DNA from: Mobula hypostoma
Lineage: Eukaryota
Direction: 5' to 3'
Length of the DNA: 64,000 nt
Assembly (NCBI RefSeq): GCF_963921235.1
Contig: NC_086097.1
Span: 14,880,001 to 14,944,000 of the forward strand
The position numbers were made by a program, and so were the translations under genes. Under the pieces are notes generated by a model that was not told the origin of the DNA, ran no database searches, and was given only the letters and a program-made list of their open reading frames with translations. How positions within the stretch are numbered: the first letter of the stretch is position 1; the number at the start of each line of letters is the position of its first letter. Positions 38,103 to 49,049 of this stretch are shown here, one piece after another.

Positions 38103-38969
38103 CATATTTATTGTAATTCAGTTTTTTTCTATTATTATGTATTGCATTGTACTGGTGTTGCAATGATAACAAATTTCACAACATATCCTGGTGCTTTTAA
38201 ACCCAGTTCTGATTCTTTGGAGTCAGTTTAAATAAACACTCCCTTAGTACAATAAAATGGACTCATAACCTCAAAATCTACCCCATTTTGGCCTGCACCT
38301 TATTGCCAACCTGCACTACCTTTTCTCTGTAACTGTAACACTTTATTCTCCATTCTGTTATTGCTTCCTCCTGCACTACCTCCATGCACTGATATGATGA
38401 AATGGACAGCATGCAAACCAGTTTTTCACTGGACCTCTGTACACATGACAATGATAAACCAATTTACCAATGCACGTGTTTGATTGCACATTGCACATTT
38501 AGACGGAGATGTAACATAAAGATTTTTACTCATGTATGTCAAGGATGTAAGTAATAAAGTCAATTCAATTCAATCACCCCCAAATGTTGTTCACTTATAA
38601 CAAACAGCATATTGATGACACAACAATGAAGTAACATGTAGAAAGTGCCTGTGGATGTTACATCCTTTATTTGGGGTTTGTGACTTCTCAAACACAGGCA
38701 CAATAGATTCCCAGCACCCCATCGAGCAATTTATGCACTATGGGTGAGTAGCCAGACAGTTAACCCTTCTACCTGGGCAGAAGTGCACCAGCTAAGCAAA
38801 TTCAATAGTTATCACTTGCTGTTGGAAAATGGGAACAGGGGTTGGCCATTTATCCCCTCAAGTCCGTGCTGCCATTCAGTTACATCATGGTTGATCTTGC
38901 ACTTCAACTCCATTTCTGCATCCTGGCTTTATGGCTTAATGTTTCATGATACCGAATAAACGTTCATCA

Positions 38970-39430
38970 CAGAGACACAGAGCTGGAATCTGAAGTAACA
39001 CATAAAGTGCTGGAAGAACTCAGCAGGCCAGGCAGCATCTGAGGAGGGGAAGAGACACTCGACATTTTGGGTTGAGACCCTTCATCAGGACTGGGTCAGG
39101 CTGAGACTCTACAACCGGTCCAGATTTATTTTATTTTTATCTAGAGATACAGAATGGTAACAGACCTTTCTGGCCAACCAAGCTTATGTAACCCAATTAC
39201 ACTCATGTGACCAATTAACTTGCTAATCTATGCCTTTGGAACGTAGGAGGAAACTGGAGCATGGGGTTGCTGATGTTGCATAGTGTTACACAAACAATTA
39301 CGCTACCATGTTGACCTAGTAAGGGCCACAACTCGAAGTGTTGACTATCCATTTCCCTCCACACATACGGTCCGACCTGCTCAGTTCTTCCAGCACTTTG
39401 CATGTTGCTCTTAAAATTCATCATGCCTTT
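38970..39430. mobile_element. Fold-back Penelope-like insertion split by a V-SINE (~39125-39310)
   Basis: AAAGTGCTGGAAGAACT (~39004-39020) is inverted at ~39383-39399; a SINE sits in the centre. Confidence 0.7.
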
Positions 39431-39744
39431 TCCTGAAGCATCCTTTGTCCCAATATCCACAGTTGTTTTGGAGGGAGAACACCAGATTTACATTGCTCTT
39501 TGCAAAATGAAGTGCTTACTAACTACCCTTCTCAGCTCCTGGTCATAAATTTAAGATTATCAATCTCATTCTTAATTGAGGAAATGGCTTCCCTGTATTG
39601 GTCCTAGTGTTGATTAAAAGCAGATGGCAAGTGAGATTCCACTAGCACATGGGTTAAGCTTCCGGGCAGAAATCTGTTGGCTGGGTCACACTGATTTGTT
39701 GGAAGAAATTAGACAGTTCATTGTTGACTGCAATAATGAAGATA

Positions 39745-40010
39745 GAAACCTAAAACATTACAGAACAGTACAGGACCTTCAGCACACAAAGTGTGACAAC
39801 CTTTTAATCTACTCCAAAATCAACCGAACTCTTCCCTCCCAGATAGCTCTCCATTTTCCTATCATCCATATGCCAATCTAAGTCTCTGAAATGTCCCTAA
39901 TGTATCTGCCTCTACCACTGCCAATCCATGCACCCACCACTCTCTGTGTAAAGAACATCTCCCTATACTTTCCTCCAATTGCTTTAAATTATGCCCCCTC
40001 ATATTAGCAA
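39745..40010 (-). mobile_element. CR1 3' fragment
   Basis: Tail and 'FTQRVVGAW' remnant. Confidence 0.75.
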
Positions 40011-40169
40011 AGACAGGTAACCACATAATATTAGTGGCAAACTGAATGCTGAAACTGTGTCAAGGGGCTGTTTTCAAGTGGTAAAAGTACTGAATGCTCA
40101 ATTTAGAGAGAAGCTTATATCATGTGGAACTAAGCCTTTCATATTGTGTAGATGGAGGTTTTCACTTAC

Positions 40170-40284
40170 CAAACCATTGGTATGATTGCACATATCCCAC
40201 AAGGGTATCAAGGCCAAAGTGACCCGGGAACCATCTTCAGTTGGAATTTGATTCTGGCGTGTCATGACTGAAGATACAGCCCAT
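40170..40284 (-). CDS. SETD3: SETD3 coding exon (115 bp), WAVSSVMTRQNQIPTEDGSRVTLALIPLWDMCNHTNGL (SET-domain NH motif)
   Basis: Matches the human SETD3 peptide as I recall it. Acceptor TTACAG, donor GTAAGT. Confidence 0.99.
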
Positions 40285-40937
40285 CTGTAACAAACAGAGA
40301 ATACAGCGGTTATGAAATTGGAAAGCAAGTATTTAGAGATATTTGTAACTAATGCTTTCCAAATCCTTCAGCATTCTGTATTTTTTGGAAGGGACTGTCT
40401 AAACACATGTGAATATACACTCTGTGGGTGAATATCTGGCCAGTCGCTCTTCATACATAAAAATCACACAGAAGGTTCACACTATTTACATTGTGTGAAA
40501 CCATTGATGGAAAGTAGCTAATTGCAAATCGCATTCTACATTTCAGGAAATATATATACTTCAGCGACTGCTCTAGTATTGGAGGGAGATGCACAAAGAA
40601 ACCCCAGTTAAAGCTGAGCTAAGAAGATTCTCAACTCAGAAATCTCTGAATCTTCAGAATTTTCTGCTTCTGAGGACTGAGGACACACAGCTGCTGAAAA
40701 TATATAAAGCCAAAATCAATAATTATTTTTTGATATTGAAGGACTCAAAGATGATGGGATGTGGCACGAAATTTCAGCTGAGGCAGGGAATCAGTGATAA
40801 TCACGTAGAAAGATGGAATAAGATTGAAGGCCAGTAACATCAGTCCTGCTGCTTTTTACTGAATGCCAAGACCAAAGAGGACACCTTTGGAAGATAACTT
40901 TGCCACCTTTATTTCCTCCGGGTCTCTCACTACTTGT

Positions 40938-41075
40938 AAACACAAGAGATTCTGCAGATGCTGGAAATCCAGAGTAACACACACAAAATGCTGGAGGGAA
41001 ACTCAGCAGGTCAGGTCACATCTATGGAGAGGAATAAACAATCGACATTTTGGGGCAAAACCCTTCATCGGGACA
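40938..41075 (-). mobile_element. Single-arm Penelope-like 3' end
   Basis: aaacacaagagattctgcagatgctggaaatcc...cccttcatcgggac, the same unit as the fold-back arms. Confidence 0.8.
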
Positions 41076-41154
41076 CTATTCTCACGACTTGTCAGTGTAT
41101 TCAAAAGATCAGACTCCAGCTGTTCTGCTATGAGAGAACACCATGTTTTTCTTT

Positions 41155-41372
41155 AAGAAACACAGCACGATAATAGGTCCTTTCAGCCCAATGACCCTGC
41201 ACTGTCCAATTACACCCATTTGGCCAACTAACCCATGTGCCTTTGGAATGCAGGAGAAAACTGGAGCACCCGGAAAGGACGGACAAACTCCTTACAGACA
41301 ATGGTGGAGAGTGAACCCAGGCTGCTGGCACTGTAATAGTGTTATGCTCACTGCTAAGCTACCATGCCACCC
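41155..41372 (-). mobile_element. V-SINE
   Basis: Family core and tRNA-like head. Confidence 0.7.
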
Positions 41373-42204
41373 TACCAAATACTTCTCAGGTCAAGAATAA
41401 ACCTTAGATCTGTAAAGTAGATCAAATGGGATCAGTGGAAGACTTCACGCGGGGATGCTGAAGGGACGATTGTCGTCAGTTCTCACGCATGCAACCTCCA
41501 TGATGAGCCTGGCATGGCAACTGCTCTTGCTATGGACTAAGAGAACCTGCCCAATCCTTCCTTCCTTCCAGAATATCTACATGATGTGTTGCTTCACAAA
41601 GACTAATAGCATCGTCAGGGATGCCTGTCATTCTGGCCATTCCCTTCTCTCTCTTCTACCTTCTGGGAAAAGATACAGCATTTTATAAGGCAAGACATTA
41701 ACACTTCAAAACAGCTTCTTTCTCACTATCAGATTTCTGAAACAATCACCAGCTTCACAACCCCTTCCCAATGGTGCTGCTATATTTTCATACTCATAAT
41801 GCTACCTCTCCGAGACATTAAGTTATTAACACTTCAGCATTTCAACTTGCACTACATCAGACTGCACTACAATCTCTTCACCACTCTGCTGTTTTATACT
41901 TAACACTGTATATATTGTGTTCATTAGTACCATTACTGCTAACTCTGAACTTCACCACAGCAAGGAATTTCATTGCACACAGGTGTAAACGACAATATAC
42001 CCATCTGAATGTGAACCTGAATGAGGCCAGTCTTTGTCAGGTGTATAACCATTAGGTATTTGCATAACCTTTCAACCTCAATAAAAAAATTTTTAAAGTG
42101 CATGCCTCAATCCATGGGCCAAAAGTGGAATAACTGTGGCCCTCAGGATAGTTCGGGAGTTTCTCAAGGATTACTAATAACAATCAACTAGATAAATTAT
42201 ACTG

Positions 42205-42402
42205 ACAAAACGCTGGAGGAGCTCAGCAGGTTGGGCAGCATCCGTGGAAATGATCAGTCAACGTTTTGGGCAGGAGCCACGAAGGGTTCCGGCCCGAAAA
42301 GTCAACTGATCATTTCCACGGATGCTGCCCGACCTGCTGAGTTCCTCCAGCGTGTTGTGAGTGTTGCTTTGACCCCAGCATCTGCAGAGTATTTTGTGTT
42401 TA
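42205..42402. mobile_element. Fold-back Penelope-like insertion with 15-bp TSD
   Basis: TSD AGATAAATTATACTG at 42190-42204 and 42403-42417. Arms at ~42205-42275 and ~42285-42358; the CUGA core is lost at the fold point. Confidence 0.88.
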
Positions 42403-42559
42403 AGATAAATTATACTGCTACTAAAGGTTGAATGCACTGAGAGCTCCACAATACTTGGTCACTTTTTACTAGTGATAAAAATAAAGATTGCATTTGGTGC
42501 TCATGAAAGAGTGAGAAATGTGGAGTAACCTTCAGAACATGCACTCCAAATGTCATTTT

Positions 42560-42822
42560 TATTATTTAGAGATCACTGTGGAGCACGCTCTTCCAATCCA
42601 CAGCTGAGCAACCTATCAATTTAACCCCCAAGCCTCTTCACTGATCAACTAACCTACTAAGCGGTACATCTTTGGACTGTGGGAGGAAACTGGAGAACCT
42701 GGAGGAAACTTATGGGAAGAACGTACAACTTTCTTACAGAGGACGCCAGAATTGAACTCTGAACTTTGATGCCCCCAAGCTATAACAACGTTGCGCTAAT
42801 CACTATGCTACTGTGGTGCCCC
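42560..42822 (-). mobile_element. V-SINE
   Basis: ggggcaccacagtagcatagtgattagc head and V-domain on the minus strand. Confidence 0.75.
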
Positions 42823-43322
42823 AATGATGTTTCTGATGCATTGTTTTGATCCCAATAGCACGAGAAGGAGGAGTGGGCCATTCTATCCTTCAGGTCTGTC
42901 TCTCCACCTGGGTGCAGTGCAATGAAACCTCACTGGCAGGTAACATGTTCAGTGGAAAACCCAGCAGCTACACACAAAGGTCTGATAAACCAGAATGAAT
43001 CTTCTTGTGTATTTCTCATATTACAAAAAGTTGCATTTGGAGGAAAGAGGACTTGGAGGTCATTTTTGATGCATGCTACCCTTCGCTCATTCTCAGAACG
43101 TTCAGGACAACACATTTTACATCTTTGGAATTGAGTGATAGGACATCAGATGAATAAGATGGATTGCACGTGCCCTGAAGTCCACATTATTAAAATGAGA
43201 CAGTAGTTTCCCACACAATGCTGCAGACAAAATATTACACAGGACCATACAGACATTTAAAAAGGAATACTGTCGCCCTTCTCGTGAATTTTCTTCCGTA
43301 ACATTTTCTTTTAAATACCGAC

Positions 43323-43381
43323 CTGTAGTCGTCAAAGGTGAAGGATTCCTTCAAGGGCAGCTTACTCGCAGTCGGGTGGGT
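43323..43381 (-). CDS. SETD3: SETD3 coding exon (59 bp), THPTASKLPLKESFTFDDY-R
   Basis: Translation matches vertebrate SETD3 THPHANKLPLKDSFTYEDYR. AG acceptor at 43382-43383 follows a long pyrimidine tract; GT donor at 43321-43322. Phase joins the next exon (AG+A = Arg). Confidence 0.96.
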
Positions 43382-45459
43382 CTGGGAATCGAAGAATGAA
43401 GGAGTAGGGTCAGGGGGTAATGAAAGGGAACAAACAGGAGAAAGAGAGAGAGAGAGAGAAAGAGAGAAAGAAAAAGGGGGGGGCAAGAGAAAGAGAAGCA
43501 TAAGTCAGTCAACGGAATTTCATTACTTAGCAGTCTAACAGATACTAACAAGAGCCAAATGTAGCAAGAGGAGTCCAGCCGAGCTATGGCTGGATCATCG
43601 TGCCATAATGCTCCCATACATCACTGTCAACTTAATTTGTTGTACCCAGCAGCTGTCATAAATCTGCTCCATCAACTCCTGCAAGCAGAACCCACCAGCA
43701 ATACAAAAATAAAACTTAACGCCTGTGACAGTAACGCAATCTGGTGCCAACAAGTCCTTCAGCAGCCTACCGAATGTCACCTCTTCTCCTAAAACATTCA
43801 CTTGTTGACACTGGCAGGGGCCCCGGAGATAGATTCCACCCGCCCTTTTTTTTTACGACTGGGAGTCTTTCCTTTGCACTGAGCTCTGATGCAGTGCTAC
43901 TGTCAGTGGCACTCCATGTAGCGTGCAATTTCTTCCTTGACGCATTAGCATCAGAAGTTGGGGTAATTCATCATCTCTCTCAATAGTATGTTGGCTGGCA
44001 TCAGGAGTACAGTAGTGAAGGTGGGGGCTGGGGGGGTGGGTGGAAACTGAGGTTTAATAGCTGCGCTGCAAATCAATTATACAACACAAGCCGGCACAGA
44101 TAATGCAATTTTGGACAAACTACAGATCACAAAAGACCACTAATTGGACGCTAGCTCGACTGTATTTGAGTCTGGGAAAAAAAAAAGTCATATTTATTTA
44201 TGCTTTCTTCATAGGACAAGAGAATTAAAAGGAGGCTGGGGCAAGATGCTTCTGAAATATAAGCAACAATACTGCTTTTTAATGACTGTGTACTTTAGCA
44301 GGCTTGGAAGAGCATCAAATTAAAACCAGCTCTTTTGTCACTTTCTTCTCCGATGGAAAGCTGCACAAAATTTCAAGTGGGTTGGGGTGGGAACTAATGT
44401 TTCTACACATGAGAATCGATAGACAACAGCCAAATTAAGCAGATTTTTGAAAATAACCCATGTAGGGGTGAATAAAGAGTGCAATTTTGAATGCAAAGTT
44501 CCCATTTCTGCTCATAAATGAGATGACAGGGTCACATGATGCCCGTCCACACAAATGGGGTGTTAGTCTCTCTCGCTGTCTCTTGTTTGCAATTTTTAAC
44601 AGGATATACGGAACTAAGCTCAACCCTAGAGATCTCTGTTAAATTGGCTTTGGAAAGGTACACAGCACAAATGATTGTAAGGTTCAAGCAAATGATGCCT
44701 ACACAGCGCAGCCACAAAAAAGCACGCGGGTTTTCTGCAAACGTCCCACAGACTATGCCACCACCGACTCCAGAACATAAGGTACATGCTAAAAATAGAA
44801 AAGTACTCCAGTCCCTAGCATTGGCAATATCACACCACAATCAATAGAATAATCACAAATTATATGCAACAGTACATTATGTCATTGCACAGCAAGTTAG
44901 TTGACTGCTGCTGTGAAGTATAACTCCATAACCATAACCCGAATAGAGCTGACTGACTGACTTGCTCAAAGAAGCTGGAAGCCCAGAGTCCATTTCAGTC
45001 TGTTTTTAATTTACATGATACTATTCATTAACCAGCCTTCTGACAGGGTAGACTTTTTTTTTGATGTGATCAATCAAGGGAATCAAATTTGGCAGCTTTT
45101 AAGAGCTTAATTTAAAGAAAAATTGTGGTGTTATAAAATTATATCTTGATATATGTAAGTGTTCAGTTTTATTAATACAGTTGTTTCATTAATTCAAGTG
45201 AAAGCAAAGTTATCACAAAAATAAATATTTTTAATCAGGGTACCGTGTATGTGATTAACCAGAATTTATAAGTGCTGAAAATTACCACATAGAACAATTT
45301 ACCAGTCTTACTGGACTTACAATAGCTACAAGAGGGTTTGCGATACTCTGATGATATGAATGGCTTTACTAAAGTGGAATTCCTTTTCCATATGGGCATA
45401 CCACCAGTTCACCTCACTGTGGGAATATGAGTAATTATTCAAAGATTATAACGTTATTT

Positions 45460-45810
45460 CATCATCAACATCATGTACCATGTCATATGACGTAGCAATC
45501 GAGGTCTTTCCACGGCCACAATTGTTCTTGGCAAATTTTTCTACAGAAGTGGTTTGCCATTGCCTTCTTCTGGGTGGTGTCTTTACATGACAGGTGACCC
45601 CAGCCATTATCAATATTCTTCAGAGATTGTCTGTCTGTCATCAGTGGTCACATAACCAGGATTTGTGATCTGCACCAGCTGCTCATACGATCATCCACCA
45701 CCTGCCCCCATGGCTTCACATGACCCTGATCAGGGGGCTAAGCAGGTGCTACACCTTGCCCAAGGGTGACCTGCAGGCTAGTGGAGGGAAGGAGTGCCTT
45801 ACACCTCCGT
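45460..45810 (-). mobile_element. RTE-related SINE-like element, copy 3
   Basis: Contains agaagaaggcaatggcaaaccacttctgtag on the minus strand; (GAT)n-like tail. Confidence 0.78.
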
Positions 45811-45879
45811 AGGTAGGTGTAAACAATGTTATTTAGCCTTTTAAAAATGAAAAATTCTGCCATTTGTGTTCTATGGAGC

Positions 45880-46120
45880 AGCACAAAAAATGTTGGAGGA
45901 ACTCAGCAGGTCAGACACCATCCGTGGAGAGAAATGGATAGGCGATGTTCTAGATCTAGACCCTACACCTGGACTGAAAGATGGGGGCTGGGAGGAGAGC
46001 AAGAGCTGGTAAGTGAGAGATGGATGCATGTGAGTAGGGGCGATAGACAAAGGGGAGAGGAGAGTGGCAGAAGCTGGAGAGTGATAGGTAGGAGTGACAA
46101 AAGGCGGCTGATGATGGGAA
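45880..46120 (-). mobile_element. Penelope-like 3' region, decayed
   Basis: Family 3' unit followed on + by a purine-rich tract, the reverse complement of the type seen at 20620-20850. Confidence 0.65.
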
Positions 46121-46289
46121 GTAATTACTTCTACAAAGTAGCTATACTTGTAGATAATGTCACAGCATCATTCCGTGCACGGCAATGTCCCACTAAATAG
46201 AAAGGTTCTCCATCACTGCTCACCTTCCTTCCTGAGGTCTGGCCTCAATGGTTCAGTGAGATTGCTACAACTAATCTTGGAATTCCCTC

Positions 46290-46515
46290 TGGCCGGCACG
46301 GTGACCTAGCTATTAGCATAACGTTACTGCAGCGCTAGCAACCTAGGTTCAGTTCTGCCACGGTCTGTACGTTCTCACTATGACTGTGTGGGCTTCCTCC
46401 CGCATGCCAAAACGTGTGGTTAATTGGTCAGATGGATGTAACTGGGTGGTGTGAGCTCGTTGGGCCAGAAGGGCCTGTCACCATGCTGTGCCTCCAAGTA
46501 AAGAGCAATAAAACT
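46290..46515 (+). mobile_element. V-SINE
   Basis: ggcacggtgacctagctattagc...ggttcagttctg head; gggccagaagggcctgt tail. Confidence 0.7.
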
Positions 46516-46881
46516 AAATCATGCAGTGAGTGCCTGAGATGAAGGCTAGGTGTGACCAGTATAACCACATATCACATGATCCCGGCTGCTAGATTTTTCC
46601 AGTGTAAAATCACCAAGGGGCATAGATAGGATGAATTCACACAGTCTTCCCCCCCCCCAGAGAAAGAGAATCAAAAAAAAAGAGGGCATAGGTTTAAATG
46701 GGAAGGGAAAAATTTGAAAGGGAGCTGAAGAGCAACTTCTTCACACTGAAGCAGGTAGAATAAAAGCACTGAAAAGGCAGGTATATGGATAGGGAAGGTT
46801 TAGAATAATATGGGCCAAATGTACTTCACAGACATACGATTAGAGCAAGCAAGTTGTAGGCATGCTATGTTGGTGCTGGAA

Positions 46882-47119
46882 CTCCATGGACAGTCCCAAG
46901 CCCAGCTTCGAAAGGAGGAGGGTTTGACATGGAGCTACAGTAAAAACCCAGAGCTACAGAAACGCCAACGGAAGCTCCAAATACCTCGTCCCTGGGAGAG
47001 GAAGGATCAAGAAGATGGGCTACACCTGGGGACAATTTGAAAAACTGGCCCATGCTAGAAGACTCTGGCAAGCTGTTGTCTGCGGCCCATGCCCCAGTAG
47101 GGGTGATGGGCTTAAGAAG
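46882..47119 (+). mobile_element. Bipartite RTE-derived short element with 15-bp TSD
   Basis: TSD ATGTTGGTGCTGGAA at 46867-46881 and 47120-47134. The 3' half translates to an RTE C-terminus-like peptide (KMGYTWGQFEKLAHARRLWQAVVCGPCPSRGDGLKK). Confidence 0.75.
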
Positions 47120-48333
47120 ATGTTGGTGCTGGAAACATGGCAACACTTGCAGGCTGCCCAGCATAATCCTGGCTGATTTGATTTGATGCAAACAATGCAT
47201 TTTGATGTACATGTGACAAATAAAGCTGATTTTTATCTTTAAAATGTAGGCAAATGGCTCTAGCTCAGATGGATATTTTAGTTGGCATGTGTATGATAGA
47301 CCAAAAAGCCTGCTTCTGGGCCGTACTACTCTCCAATTATAAGACAGCTCAAAGTGCTTTAAGTGACTTCAGATCAGGCTGGGTTGGAGAAATCAGCCTA
47401 ACATGGACCAATGATTTTGAGCTCCCCATTGAACATAAGGTGAGGCAGGATCAGGTTTAGTGACACCCACTATCAAAGATCACACACCAATAATGGTCAC
47501 GGTACAGAATGGAATCCCAGCAAAGGACCAAGTCCTTCAAGAGTTCAGGGGGAGGGTGAAGGCAGAACACAGTGGGGGAAGAAAACTGTAATGGTGGGTA
47601 GGGAGGTAGAGACAAGAGAGGGAAGTGAATGGAATTAAAAACATAAGTTCCTGAACTATGTTTTGTAATCCATGAAAGATGCCTGCATTCAGCATCAAGG
47701 CAACAGCATGCATTAACAGGCAGCTGGCTTCCATAAAACCCCAGCTTGAATGTTAGACAAGTCTATCGGCTTTCAATGTCGGCTGCATTATAAGGCAGAG
47801 AAAATAATTACAGGCGACCAAATCCCTCAGATATATGCTGACAGATACCAAAGCAGTTTCATGTAGAAGCCCATTTTTATTGACTTCTGTGCTCACGAGA
47901 CACTGCAGAAAAATAGTCACAAGTCTGGTAATAAAAAGTAAATCTACTTTTGTTTTATCCTGACGTTTTTAAACAAAAATTGCGAGAGATATTGATTATA
48001 CTTCTTCAGATTAATATTGCAGCCTTTCCTTTTTAAATGAATCCCAAGCTTAAACATGTTACCATTTTTCAATTATCAGTAATATACAATAACACAGCTT
48101 TGGTGCAGAGAAAGATTAAAATTGCAAGAGTTCACTGGGTTCAAATGTTTGCAAAATCGTATTTCTTCAGAGAAAAGAAAAGGTTAAATTAATTTCTTAT
48201 TGATCTTATCTCTCTGTAAGAACATTATGTTTATTGCTGCAGGAAAAAAAATCAATTTTATATTAAAAGAAGTTCCAAAATTCACTTAAATCCACTGATG
48301 CTATTTTGTAATATTGCGCAACATGCAAGTAAG

Positions 48334-48367
48334 TGGCACCATCTACTGGCAAGTTGAAGTTCTGCAA
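48334..48367 (-). promoter_or_regulatory. Candidate CTCF site with upstream module
   Basis: Minus strand reads TTGCAGAACT-TCAAC-TTGCCAGTAGATGGTGCCA, in repeat-free DNA. Confidence 0.65.
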
Positions 48368-48861
48368 GCATATGAACTACAGTCGACATTAAAAGCAGGA
48401 AATAGCTTGTCACGCAGCAGCAATTGAGAATGAGAGAAAAATTCACATGCTCCATCTTACTTTATTGTCTAAGAAACTAGCCTCAGTAAACAATGAATCA
48501 TGTCAGTATTTTTATTCAAAGTCTGGCTGAGCAAAGAAAGTTTCATCTTAAACACTGGGGTACTTGGCAGAAGATGTGATAGCTGTTTTTACCAATAATA
48601 TTGCTTTGGACAACTCTGTGGAATCAGCAGGGTGCAGGTTCAAGCCTACACAAGCTCTTTATGATGTTAGTGACAGGCAATGCCACTGTAATACTGAGCT
48701 CTATAGTGGTAGGAGTATTTTGGAAGATAACTGAAACCACCAGATTTTGCAAGCATCAGGTTCCTGAACTAGTGTGGATAACTTTGCTCCCCACTTACTC
48801 TGAATTGGTTCTACGACCTACAAACTCACTTTCAAGAACTCTTTACAACTCGTGTTCTCAG

Positions 48862-49049
48862 TAACACACACAAAATGCTGGAGGAACTCAGCAGGTCAGG
48901 CATCACCTATATGGAGAGGACTGATAAACGACCTTGGCCTGAAACGCTGGCTCTTTTTTCCTCTCTATCGATGCTGCCTGACCTGCTAAGAACCGCCAGG
49001 ATTTTGTGTGTCAGACTCTGGATTTAAAGTATCTGCAGAATCCTTTGTG
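48862..49049. mobile_element. Fold-back Penelope-like insertion with 13-bp TSD (1 CpG transition)
   Basis: CTCGTGTTCTCAG at 48849-48861 versus CTTGTGTTCTCAG at 49050-49062; inserted into a Rex1-type tail. Confidence 0.75.

Noticed and set aside
44020..44043. G-rich run as a G-quadruplex
   Set aside because: Short, borderline pattern common in vertebrate DNA, with no supporting context.
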